DNA of 64,000 bases from Candidatus Omnitrophota bacterium (GTDB lineage Bacteria; Omnitrophota; Gorgyraeia; Zapsychrales; Zapsychraceae). The notes beneath the pieces were generated by a model that was given only the letters and a program-made list of their open reading frames with translations, did no database searches and had not been told where the DNA came from. The stretch spans positions 880 through 64,879 of the forward strand of contig JAGOSC010000005.1 in NCBI GenBank assembly GCA_018062515.1, written 5' to 3'. Shown here piece after piece: positions 17,983 through 29,000 of this stretch; position 1 is the first letter of the stretch; every line of letters starts with the position of its first letter. The translations under genes were made by a program, and so were the position numbers.

Positions 17983-19344
17983 ATGGAAATCCTTAAACTT
18001 ATTTACAGCCTATCTTTACCCTGGTGGATGGGATATCAAATTTTATTCTTGATAGGTGGAAGAAATAAATTAGATTGGACCGTTTCCTCAGCTATTGCTT
18101 TCGGGATTGGATTCGGCATTTTGAGCCAAATCATGCTCATATTAGGTATTTTGAATGTTGAATTTTCCGTTTTTAATATTAGCGCTGTGCTTATTTTTCT
18201 AGGAGGAGGGAGCTGGCTGATTAAAAAAATAAGAACGTCCGGTAAAGAGGTTATGCCCATTATCCTTCCACATAAATTATTCACCGGCTATGATATTTTA
18301 AGTCCGTCCATGATCATTCTGATCAAGGCGATTATCGTTTACTATATTGTATACGTATTTTGGAATGCTATCAGTTTTCCTGTATACGAATGGGATTCCG
18401 TTTCGACCGCTATTTATAATGCCAAAGTTATATACTTTGACCGGTCATTAAAATCATTTGAATTTTTAGCTCATCGGGCTTACCCATTGCATATTCCATT
18501 TCTGACGGTATGGATTTCCACTAATTTAGGATTCTGGACAGAACAAACCTTTAAGATTATTTTTCCATTAACCCTGTGCATGTTTACCGGAGTGTTTTAT
18601 CAATATTTAGCGTCTCAAACCAATAAAAACTGGTCGCTGTTGGGTGTTTTTATGCTTTTTTCATCGAACTTGCTTATCTTTCACGCCAGTGCGACTTACC
18701 GTGATTTATCACTCATGTTTTATAACTGTTCCGCGATTATTTTTTTGCTCATCTGGAAAGATCAAAAACAAGACACATTTCTCATTTTGGCTGCGCTATT
18801 TTCCGGATTTGGTACTTTCATCAAGCAGGAAGGCACTGCCTATCTTTTAGTACATATTCTGGTTATGTTGACGATATTGATAAAATATAAGACCGAAAAT
18901 AATAAAGCGAAGGCGGTAAAGGCGGCAATTTTTTTAATTTTGACTTTAGGAATTTACTCGCTGTTTTTCGGCTATAAAATCCTGAATGGTTATAATACGA
19001 CGGAGTATTTGAGCTTTAATTTTTATTCTGCCTTTCAGCAGATTCCATTGATCCTTGTAGCATTTATCAAAGCCCTTTTTTTCACGGCTAATTGGAACAT
19101 ATTGTGGGCGCTTCTCTTTGTAAGCGCTGCCTTTAATATTAGAAAAATTAAAAACGATTCAAATATTCAGGTATTACTGATCACGATCACTTTATTCTTT
19201 GCTTTACTCATGTCTTTGAGTTTGGTAGTTGAAAAGGGACTCATTATTAATGTCTATAATATCTCAAGAATTTTACTTCATTTTTTCCCACTGTGCCCTT
19301 TAGCAATCATTCTTTTGATTAGTCGCTCCGATGAACAGCCTTGA
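17983..19344 (+). CDS. Polytopic membrane protein (GT-C / O-antigen-polymerase-like architecture)
   Basis: 453 aa, more than 10 hydrophobic segments. Neighbour of the GT-C-like gene. No specific motif verified. Confidence 0.4.
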   Translation: MEILKLIYSLSLPWWMGYQILFLIGGRNKLDWTVSSAIAFGIGFGILSQIMLILGILNVEFSVFNISAVLIFLGGGSWLIKKIRTSGKEVMPIILPHKLFTGYDILSPSMIILIKAIIVYYIVYVFWNAISFPVYEWDSVSTAIYNAKVIYFDRSLKSFEFLAHRAYPLHIPFLTVWISTNLGFWTEQTFKIIFPLTLCMFTGVFYQYLASQTNKNWSLLGVFMLFSSNLLIFHASATYRDLSLMFYNCSAIIFLLIWKDQKQDTFLILAALFSGFGTFIKQEGTAYLLVHILVMLTILIKYKTENNKAKAVKAAIFLILTLGIYSLFFGYKILNGYNTTEYLSFNFYSAFQQIPLILVAFIKALFFTANWNILWALLFVSAAFNIRKIKNDSNIQVLLITITLFFALLMSLSLVVEKGLIINVYNISRILLHFFPLCPLAIILLISRSDEQP

Positions 19345-19492
19345 TAAAATCTTTATTTATCCGCGCCCAGATAAAGATGATTTATCTTTTAAAAAATCGT
19401 TCTTATCTTTTTAGGATAATCTGCTAAGATAGTTCGTTGTATTTTAGAATAATCGCCACACATAGCATTAACCATAGAGAAAGAGGTCATAT

Positions 19493-19867
19493 ATGCAAAA
19501 CCCGCTGGTAGTTACCTTTCATGATCTTCCGCATTATCCCCAAATTGAAAAACTTATATCCGAAAAATTTGCTAAACTTCAAACTATCAACTCCGACGTG
19601 ACTAAATGCCATGTCATCCTCGAAAAATTGAGCAAACATCATCAAAAAGCCAACTCATCGTGCGTGCGCCTCGACCTGAAAGTGCCGCATTTAGATGATA
19701 TTGTTATTACCGAGAAATGCAGCGATGACGAAGCGGATCTTGCTTCAAATGTCATCAAAGTTTTTAAACTCGGACAATTGTCAATGCGCGAAGGAATTAA
19801 ACGTAAGCAAGATCGTCAGCGCGTCCCACGGCCAAATCTGGTAGAATCTGTCGAGGAACCTGAATAA
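19493..19867 (+). CDS. hpf: HPF/RaiA-like ribosome-associated (hibernation) factor
   Basis: Its size and pattern are colinear with short HPF/YfiA proteins as I recall them (..IEKLISEKFAKLQTINSDVTKCHVILEK....VRLDLKVPHLDDIVITEKC.D...A...VIKVF.KL..Q). AGAGG lies upstream of the ATG. Confidence 0.5.
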   Translation: MQNPLVVTFHDLPHYPQIEKLISEKFAKLQTINSDVTKCHVILEKLSKHHQKANSSCVRLDLKVPHLDDIVITEKCSDDEADLASNVIKVFKLGQLSMREGIKRKQDRQRVPRPNLVESVEEPE

Positions 19868-19883
19868 AATTACAGATACGAAC

Positions 19884-20201
19884 ATGCGTACAGATTTATC
19901 CCGGGAAGAAATCCTTAAATTCCGTCAAGACCGAACGAATTATATTTACGGCGGAACGGTGTACGCGTGCAAATCGGATCCATACGTCATTCTCCCTAAA
20001 AAAATAAAGTGGATGGGATGGACCATCAACATGGGGCATCATGACGCCCTTGCAACGTTGATGCTTATTATTTTATGGACGACGATCCCGGTTCTTTTGG
20101 TGATTTTCTTGTTTCAAAATGTACTCGCTATTTTTATCGCCGTTGTTATCGATACAATTTTATTATGTGCGTGGTGTGCCAAGAAGGCCAAGCTCACGTA
20201 A
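19884..20201 (+). CDS. Small hypothetical membrane protein
   Basis: 105 aa with two C-terminal hydrophobic segments. No family recognised. Confidence 0.35.
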   Translation: MRTDLSREEILKFRQDRTNYIYGGTVYACKSDPYVILPKKIKWMGWTINMGHHDALATLMLIILWTTIPVLLVIFLFQNVLAIFIAVVIDTILLCAWCAKKAKLT

Positions 20202-20207
20202 ATTTTT

Positions 20208-20444
20208 TTGAATGGAAAAACAGACTTTCTTATGGACAACTCATTATTAGAAAAAAAGATTATTGAACTGGAAAAACAAACGGCATTTTTAGACCAATCC
20301 GTCGATGAGCTTACCGAAGTAGTCAATAGTCAGAAGAAATTAATTGATTCCTTAGAAAAGAAGATTGAACAGCTCAGCATGCAGATGAGTGACGAACGTT
20401 TGGTTCGTCCGCTGGATGAAGAAGATAAACCACCGCATTATTGA
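20208..20444 (+). CDS. slyX: SlyX-family coiled-coil protein
   Basis: LEKKIIELEKQTAFLDQSVDELTEVVNSQKKLIDSLEKKIEQL matches the SlyX heptad pattern. The start may be the internal Met at 20232. Confidence 0.6.
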   Translation: MNGKTDFLMDNSLLEKKIIELEKQTAFLDQSVDELTEVVNSQKKLIDSLEKKIEQLSMQMSDERLVRPLDEEDKPPHY

Positions 20445-20453
20445 GAAATTTAT

Positions 20454-21782
20454 ATGACCGTGGATTTCCAAAAAATTAAAAAGTATTTAACAGACGATAT
20501 CTGGCGCATCCGTAAAAGTCAATTGAGTGGACGGCATTCGATGTGGATCAATCAATTACGGATCATGATGTTGGCTGTCCGCCGATTTGACGAGAACGAT
20601 TGCCAGCTGCGCGCCTCGGCCTTGACATTTTATTCTTTGTTATCCATTGTTCCCGTCGTGGCCATGGCCTTTGGCATCGCGAAAGGTTTTGGATTTGAAA
20701 AACTTTTGGAAACACAGCTGTATGAAAAGTTGAGAGGACAAGAAGAAGCTGTTCGTCAAATTCTGGCCTTTTCAAATTCACTTTTACAGAATACACAAGG
20801 AGGAGTCATTGCCGGAGTGGGCGTCGCCATCCTTTTCTATACAGTCATTAAAGTGTTGGGGAATATTGAAAATTCTTTCAACATTATTTGGGGTGTTAAA
20901 AAAGCCCGCTCATTCAGCCGTAAATTCAGCGACTATATGTCGATTATGATGATTTGTCCGATTCTGTTGATCATGTCGAGCAGTTTAACGGTGTTCATGA
21001 CGAGTCAAGTCACCCTCATCGTGGCAAAACTATCTTTTTTAGGGCCCGTCGGGGAAATCCTTTTATTATGTCTTAAAATTTTACCCTTTTGTGTGATGTG
21101 GGCTGTTTTTACTTTTATCTATATATTTTTGCCCAATACAAAAGTTAATTTTAAAGCTGGCCTGGTCGGAGGAATTATTGGAGGAACATTCTACCAACTC
21201 GGGCAATGGATTTACATTAAATTTCAAGTGGGTGTAGCCAGTTATGGCGCGATTTACGGAAGTTTTGCGGCTCTGCCGCTTTTTTTAATTTGGTTACAAA
21301 CCAGTTGGCTCATCGTTTTATTCGGGGCTGAACTTTCTTTTGCGGAACAAAATGTGGATACATATGAATTTGAACCCGACAGCTTAAAAGCCAGCCGGAA
21401 GTTCAAACAAATTGTCGCATTAGGCATAGCTCAAGTATCCATCAAAAGATTTTATCAAGCTGAAGTTCCTTTAACAGCCAATCAAATCGCCCAATCCCTT
21501 GAACTGCCCATACGCTTAGCGAATCAAGTTATTTTTGAAATGACTGAAGCGGGAATTCTCGCCGAGGTAAAATTCAATGAAGGAAAAATTGTCGCCTATC
21601 AGCCCGCCCGGGATATACATCAATTGACTATCCATCAAGTTTTACGTTTGATGGAAGAGAATGGACTATCCAATATTCCCTATGCGGAAACAGCGGAGAT
21701 TAAAAAGATCAAAGAATCCTTGGAATCTTTGTCGAGAAAAATCCAAAGCGCCCCGGAAAATCAGCTCCTCAAAGATATTTAG
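20454..21782 (+). CDS. YihY/BrkB-family membrane protein with C-terminal winged-helix-like extension
   Basis: DCQLRASALTFYSLLSIVPVVAM..., six hydrophobic segments, then a soluble ~130-aa tail. Confidence 0.7.
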   Translation: MTVDFQKIKKYLTDDIWRIRKSQLSGRHSMWINQLRIMMLAVRRFDENDCQLRASALTFYSLLSIVPVVAMAFGIAKGFGFEKLLETQLYEKLRGQEEAVRQILAFSNSLLQNTQGGVIAGVGVAILFYTVIKVLGNIENSFNIIWGVKKARSFSRKFSDYMSIMMICPILLIMSSSLTVFMTSQVTLIVAKLSFLGPVGEILLLCLKILPFCVMWAVFTFIYIFLPNTKVNFKAGLVGGIIGGTFYQLGQWIYIKFQVGVASYGAIYGSFAALPLFLIWLQTSWLIVLFGAELSFAEQNVDTYEFEPDSLKASRKFKQIVALGIAQVSIKRFYQAEVPLTANQIAQSLELPIRLANQVIFEMTEAGILAEVKFNEGKIVAYQPARDIHQLTIHQVLRLMEENGLSNIPYAETAEIKKIKESLESLSRKIQSAPENQLLKDI

Positions 21783-21822
21783 TTAATTAGTATATCAGTA
21801 TAGATAATTGTTAAAAATATTT

Positions 21823-21851
21823 TTGACAATGGATCGACTTTAATGTATACT
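21823..21851 (+). promoter_or_regulatory. Sigma70-type promoter for the giant-gene operon
   Basis: TTGACA (21823-21828), 17-nt spacer, TATACT (21846-21851). It lies ~170 nt upstream of the ORF A ATG in the only sizeable intergenic gap before the 30-kb cluster. Confidence 0.6.
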
Positions 21852-22018
21852 CGTTTCAATTCAATAAGTAGTTCCAAATTCCCCAATCTTTAGAAGTTAA
21901 ATTTCACCCAACTTTAGTTAATTTTATTTTTTGCAGCGCGTCTTTTTTTTGATGCCCTTTATATTTTTTTGTCAAATTTAGATAAAAATTTGTTTAAACT
22001 ATTGAGAGGAAATGAGTT

Positions 22019-23090
22019 ATGATGATTTTTAAAAGAAATAAAAGAAATTTAACCCGAAAAATAACTTCCACCTTTGTCTTATTTTCATTTATTTTCTCAT
22101 CAATACTACCTCCTCAAGTCTCGGCGCAGAGCGTATTCCATTTACCTATACCTGGGACCCTGTTTAATGTTACAAATACCTTTAATCCTTTTATCATTCA
22201 AGGGCTTACTGTAGATCCGCAAAATCCTCTTCATTTCAGTTTTATTATTGACACCGGCGACACGCAAACAAACGATCCAGACGCTTTCCGCTTAGAATCT
22301 ACAAAACTAGTCAAATATTTCTTAGCATCCTTAACCGTTCCCGAAGATCAAATGTGGGTTAACCTTTCTCCGTATGAAGGCAACCGCATTATTTCGGACA
22401 CATTTGGTCAAACCGAAATGGGCCGTGACTTATTAGCTCAAGATTATATTCTCAAACAAATGTCGGCTTCTTTAACGTATTCAGAAGAAGAATTGGGTGA
22501 AAAATTTTGGCACAGGGTCCACCAACGCGCAAAAAAAGAATACGGCGTTAAAGATATTCCTTTAAATACTTTTAATAAAGTATGGATCATTCCTCAGAAG
22601 GCAACCGTTTATGAACATGACGGCAGCGCGTATGTCGTCAATAGCCGGTTAAAAGTAATGATGGAAGAAGATTACTTAGCCTTAAACAAAAATATCGGTG
22701 AGCAAGCTTTTGGTATGAATAATGTCAAGCAAGATGAGGCGGAATCCACGAGTAAAGTTACTTCCGCCATCATTAAAGAAATTATTATCCCGGAACTCGA
22801 GAAAGAAGTGAATGAAGGCAGCCATTTTGCCAATTTGCGTCAAATTTATCAGTCGATGATTTTAGCGACCTGGTACAAAGTGAATTTAAAAGAATCACTT
22901 TTAGGAAAAGTTTATATTGATCAAAATAAAGTCCAAGGAATTGATTTAAACGACAAAAACGCGAATCAGAAAATTTATGAACAATATTTAGCCGCCTTTA
23001 AAAAAGGTGTTTACAACTATATTAAGGAAGACTACGATTCAGCCACTCATAAGTCAACACCTCGTCAATATTTCGCCGGCGGATTTGTTC
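22019..23090 (+). other. Leader plus shared N-terminal module, copy A (unknown family)
   Basis: MMIFKRNKRNLTRKITSTFVLFSFIFSSILPPQVSA|QS, then LPIPGTLFNV...GLTVDPQNPLHFSFIIDTGD...FLASLTVPEDQMWVNLSPYE...FGQTEMGRDLLAQDYILKQ...NLRQIYQSMILATWYK...AFKKGVYNYIKEDYD...PRQYFAGGF. Colinear with the same region of ORFs B, C and D. Confidence 0.85.
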
Positions 23091-26000
23091 CAAAAACCGA
23101 AGATAATGCGACTTTAGCAGAATTGATCACACGAGAGAAGACCACTCGTTTAGCCGCTACGGATCAGGCAGCTTTAACTCCGAAAGGAAACCAGATTCGA
23201 GCTGATTTCGCTTTATTAGAAGACTTAACCGATGAAGATGCTCCAAAGGTACAAAAACCGATTGAAAAAATTGAAGACGCGCAGATAGCTGTGGACCCTA
23301 ATTGGGTTGAGGACTATTTGGAAAATCTTTTCCCTGAAAACAGCTTTCCTAAACCAGTCAAACAAGAACCAGTCATTATCAGCAAAGAAAGAAAAGAATT
23401 AGAAGACGAATTAATCGCCAATCGTTCTCAATTCTCGGGCTCTAGAATAAATCGGAATATTAAGGAAAAAACAGGGCTTGACGTTCCCGAGGACACTGTC
23501 GATTATTTCGTCGAGCATAGTGGAACCCTCCCTGGATTAAATCACCGTGCTGACCGTTCCCAGGTTATAGGGCAACTTATCCGCAATCATCGTCCTTATG
23601 AAATCTCTAAATTATTTGCCTTATCAGAATCCAAAAATTTTGAAAGAAAATATTATCCTGCCTGGATCCAAGCTTTATCAAAAATATTTACTTTTTTGAA
23701 AGATAAAAATTCAACCATTAATACAGAATTAACCGTTCAAGTCAATTTAGACGGAATTCTTTTAATTAAAGACGGCTCGGGAGAAGAACTCAAGGCGTTT
23801 CAGAAATTGGATCAATTGCACACGGAAAAAGCTTCCGTCGGTGCACTGGCCCTTCAAATTGTCAAATTATTAACCCATGATTACGACGGTTTGGAACTCA
23901 CCAACACTAAAGAATTGTCAGATGATTTAGTATCCATCTTTAATATTTTCGGAATCAAGCCGACGGTGATTAATGATGCGTGGATGCAAACTGTCCTGGG
24001 ATACGGAGATTCTTCATTAAATCTTCAAGCTCTAAAAGAAGGCGTTGAAGTAACTGAAGCTGATGTCGACACTTATCTTTTCCGTCTGGACACAGAAAAA
24101 AGTTTAGCTCGTCAAGCCGGAGAGACTGTATATCTTTCTACGCGCTCAGAAGCCGTCGCTGAAATGATTAAAGAAAATAAATATGATTCTGCTCTTTTAG
24201 CCTCCATCGATGAAAAGGCTTTAACACCGGAAATTCTTACTGCTTTTGGCGGAAATGTAACGGCCGCACAAACGGTCGTGGCCGAGCGTCTTGAGGCTAT
24301 GCGCGTCGCTGATCCGAATGCCACCGTCGAGCAAGCTGTCGCCCGTTTAGCTTGGGAATATAAGCCGCGCGATATTCAAAACGTTTTTCCTGGAGACAAC
24401 TGGAAATTTATGTTTTTGGCCGCCAAAGCCGGCATGAAAGCTCCGATTCTTTTATTAGACTTGGAAGACGCAGTTGCGACAACTCGTAAAGAAATTGCCC
24501 GCGGTGTTATCGTACAATTGATCCGGGCTTTTAAAGGTGAAGGATTAACACAAGATGAATTTGATTTCTTGCAGAAGAACGCGCTTCAGGCTGATGATGA
24601 AAAATATCCGATGACTAGTTTCTTTACACAAAGTCTTGTCGACGGAAAAACTGTTTATACGTTAAATCCTGAAAATCAATTCCATAAAGATCAAATGGTT
24701 CTTTTCCGCCCGAATAATTTAAGAACAAAGTGGTCGGCAGGGGATTATTCTCAAGTTTTTCGTAAAGTCGGTCATTTGGTAGACGGTATTTATATGCCTA
24801 AAGTAGAAGGCCCAGAAGATATCAAAATCGGCGCGTCTATTTTACGCGCCATTCAGAAAGAACAAAACTGGGTCGTTGGTCGTCACAAAATTTTTGTTTT
24901 AACCGAACTTCCCGGCGCTGTTTTGACCGCTGAAAATATTTTAAAAATAGCTCCTGAAGTTGAAGAAGTTCAATTAGGAGTCGTCGATTACACCGCAGCG
25001 ACGGGTGGAAAAAATCAAGTTCAAATCGAACAATTTCCATTTATGCGTTATGCCTTATTACGCTTGGTTGAAGCCGCTAATAATATAGGGAAATCCGCCG
25101 GTTTAGGTATTACCGTTCAATTTACTCCAGAAGCAACAGCCGAGGATACAGTCAAGGCTATTAATATTGGCCTTCATCGCAAATGGAGCGTTCATCCAGC
25201 GCATTTGAAAGGCATGGAATCATTCATCGGAAAATTCCCAAAGATTGTCCGAAAAGATATTCAATATGATGAACTACAAGGATTTGATTTGGTACAGCTA
25301 GATCAATACGCTAGTGAAAGCCGTCCAATTTTAGCTCCTAAAGTTTTAACACCTAAAGATGTGGTTTTATCCAGAGCTGTGGTCACTGTTTCATCCGGAA
25401 ATATTGATGGGCTTAAAAAAGCTCTGGATTCAAATGCTGATACTATTATTTTGGATTTCGGGAAAAAAGAAAATTTGTCTGAAATTAAAAAAATATTAGT
25501 TCAGGCTAAAACAACAAAGAGTATTCTTGTTGTCGATGAGCTTGATTCCCTACAATCAATTAAACAAATTGTAACTGAGTTAAATGGATATTTTCAAGGA
25601 TTTAACCTGAATAACATACAGAATGCATCAACAGTAAGAGATGTGGATGGATTGTTATCAGAAGCAGAAAGTGATTTGGGATTAAACGCAGGCAGCTTAA
25701 AAATTGCCGTCAGCTTTAATGACCCGCAAGTGGTCGAGGAGCAATCCCGCTATCTCGGCACCGATCCAGCTAAAGCTCTTTTGTATTCCAGTCAACGCCT
25801 CAGCTGGGCCATCTTGAATTTGCCTACCATGCCGACTGAAGATTTAGATGATCCGGAAACGAGAGGATACAATTATTATCATTCTTTATTTATTGCCATG
25901 ACCGCTCATGCCGAAGTCGATTCCATCGACGGTTATAGCGCGGATGAGAATTTAACAGAACAAGTTGCGACCTCAGCCATTTGGGGATTTCAAGGAAAAC

Positions 26001-29000
26001 TAGCTAACTTGAATCAAGTTGATGAAATTACTGAAGCCATGAGCCCGCAGCGAGCTGGAATTATGCCAGAATTTTCTACTCCAGAGGAACGTAAAGCTTG
26101 GTTAGCTACTGCCGAAGGAAAAATTTATGTAGCACGTTGGAAAAATTCATTAGAACGAGATTTGGAACTGATGGATCTGTATGCCGAAGCGGATCAAGAA
26201 CGGCAATTAGGTGCGGTAGGTTATAAGGATCCTTTAACCGGCGCTATTGAAATCGTCGACGCTGCTTCAGCTCGAATTCCATTCCGACAATTAGAAAAAG
26301 CTTTAAAGACAAATCAATTAACCGATACGGAAAAAGTTCGATATGCAAAATCACGAGAAAAATTACTTTTAGCCATGCGTCCAGGCGGACGAGAAGGCAG
26401 CGGTGAAAAAGTTTTTGCCGGGCAAAAAATTACAGCTCCGGCCATTGTGATGCGTCCTTGGATGGTTAATGCGTTTGCTAAAGATGGCGATCAAAACCGT
26501 TATCATTTAGATGAAGCTTATGCCAACGCCTCAAAATTTAAAGGATTAGTTGCTCATGGATTATTGACGGTAACTAAGGCTTTAAGTTCTTTAAAAGCTC
26601 AATTACCGGCTTATAAAATTGAAGAAGTCGACGACGCTAAATTCTTAGCTCCTGTACGCTTTAATGATACGATTACCCCGGTCATTGATGTTACGAGTGT
26701 CGACAATGAAAAAGCCAATGTAAAAATTAGTGTAATCAATCAAGACGGAAAAACAGTCAGTGAAATCAAAGTTTTATTAATAGAAAGCACTGATTCTCAA
26801 ATCATTCCAAAAATTAATAATGATTCTTTAAAATCAGCAGAAAAGGTGCCGGCTTCTATTCCGGCCGTCATTTACGATTTTACTGATCCACAAAGTCCTC
26901 GAGAACAAACGTTCAAGCAGGAAATCACATCCAGTTATTTAGAAAATGTTCAAGGATCTAATTTGATTACAAGCCGGGATTTATTAAGTCAATTAGCTGC
27001 CTTTAAAATGATGGCCGGTACTTCCGCCAATGCCGTCCCAGGCCACATATTATTGAATGCAACAAATGTAAAATTCGGAGCTGAAATTCATTTAGGTGAT
27101 GTATTGACCGCCAAAGCTACTGTTCCTGCAGCTGATCAAATTAAATTGACTAAAGACAATCTTCCTAAAGTTCCAGTCACGATTGAAATCACGAATCAAA
27201 ATGGAGAAATGGTTTTAAAAGGACAAGTATTAAAACTCATGGAACCGGGTAAAGATCGAGCGATGCTGGCCAAAAAACCATACCTTCTGCCAAGAGGAAA
27301 AATTGTTACATCGCCGGATGAACTTCCAACACATATGGAAGCATATGTAGTCCGACGCGGTGAGCATGGTGACCCAATTGATGCGTTTAAAAAATCCATT
27401 CAACCCGTTCCCGATGTGGGCGATTATGAAGTCCTTGTCCAAGTTATGGCTGGAGGATTAAATTTTAATGGAACATGGGCCCTTCAAGGTCTTCCCATTT
27501 CTCCATTTACTTATCCTTTGAATAAATTCCACGATGAACAACGCTTAGGTAGTGATGCTTCAGGCATTGTTGTGGCCGTTGGCAAACATGTCACACAATA
27601 TAAAATTGGTGATCAGGTTGTTATGGCTACCGGTGAAGATGACCGCGCTGAAAAAGATCCTGATCATGGCGATACCATGCAAAAACGAACGTTTGTTATC
27701 ACCGGGTATGAAACTCCGGATGGAACGTTCGGTCAATTTGTCGCTTTGGATGAACGTCAAGTACATCCGAAAGAGGCAAATATGACTTGGGAACAAGCCG
27801 CCAGTTATCATTTAGTCGCCGACACAGCTTGGCGAGATATGAAATACAAACTGGGTGTTAAAAAGGGAGATACTGTATTAATCTGGGGGGCATCAACAGG
27901 AGTAGGAGCTTTTAATGTCCAGATCGCTAAATATTTAGGAGCCAAGAATATTGTGGCGGTTGTTTCCAGTGCTTCAAGAGCGGAACAAGCCAGAAAATTC
28001 GGGGCCACTCAAGTGATTAATCGAACTGAACTTCCTAAAATTTTGGGATACAGTGATGCTGAAATTTGGGGTGAACTCTCTAACAATCCCCAAAAGCAGC
28101 AAAAACAAATTGAAATGTTAAATAAGTTCAGAGAATATTTTCTTTCTCTAACGGGTGGTGAATTAGCCGATGCCGTTGCGGAACAAATCGGCCAAACAAC
28201 TTATCCAATTAGTCAATATTTAGCTAAAGATTCCGGAAAAGTCACTCATTTTGCCGGAACATTTGGTTTCAAATTTACCTTTATGGGAAAAGATTTACCG
28301 TTGGATGAGAATACAAAAAAGCAAAAAACGCCACTTCAAATGTTAGAAGAAGCTGGTGTACGCGACGCTAAACGAGTGCTGATATATGGTGCTGATCAAC
28401 TTTCTAAAGAAATTTTTGAGGAAGTTAAAAAATACAGCACTAATATTGCTTTCATCGTTAAAAGCCAAGAAGAACAAAATACAGTCGAAAACTGGGATTT
28501 AGAAAAGACATATATCAAAGGTATTGTAGATTTAAATCCGATTTCTTTTCCTGAAGATATGCCTACACCTCCTCATCCAGACATCCCGGCAGATAAACAG
28601 GCAAAAAATCTTGAAGAATTTAATGAGTATCGTATCAAAGTACTGGATCCAATCCGAGGATCGGTTGTAAAAGCTTTAGGCGGTCAGCCCGACTTAATTG
28701 TTGAAAGAGCGGGGAACAAAAATACTTTGGATATCAGCGTATTTGTCGTGCGTCCTCATGGCGTCGTAACATATGTTGAATCAACAAAAGGAAAACGTTT
28801 AGTCTTTGATGCCCGATTTATTTGGATGTTCCAAAAGCAAATTTATCCTTGGGTTCTTGGGACTCATTATGCGAACCACACACAAACCAAGGAATTAAAT
28901 GATTTAGTTTTAAAAGGCATCATAAGCGTACCTGAACCCGAAGTATTTTCTTGGGATGAATTACCCTTAGCCCAGCAGAAAATGTATGAAAATAAATTAA

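Noticed and set aside
19373-19389. Possible intrinsic terminator AAAGAT-GATTT-ATCTTT followed by a T-run after the membrane-protein gene
   Set aside because: The stem is only 6 bp and entirely A/T. It is too weak to call with any confidence.
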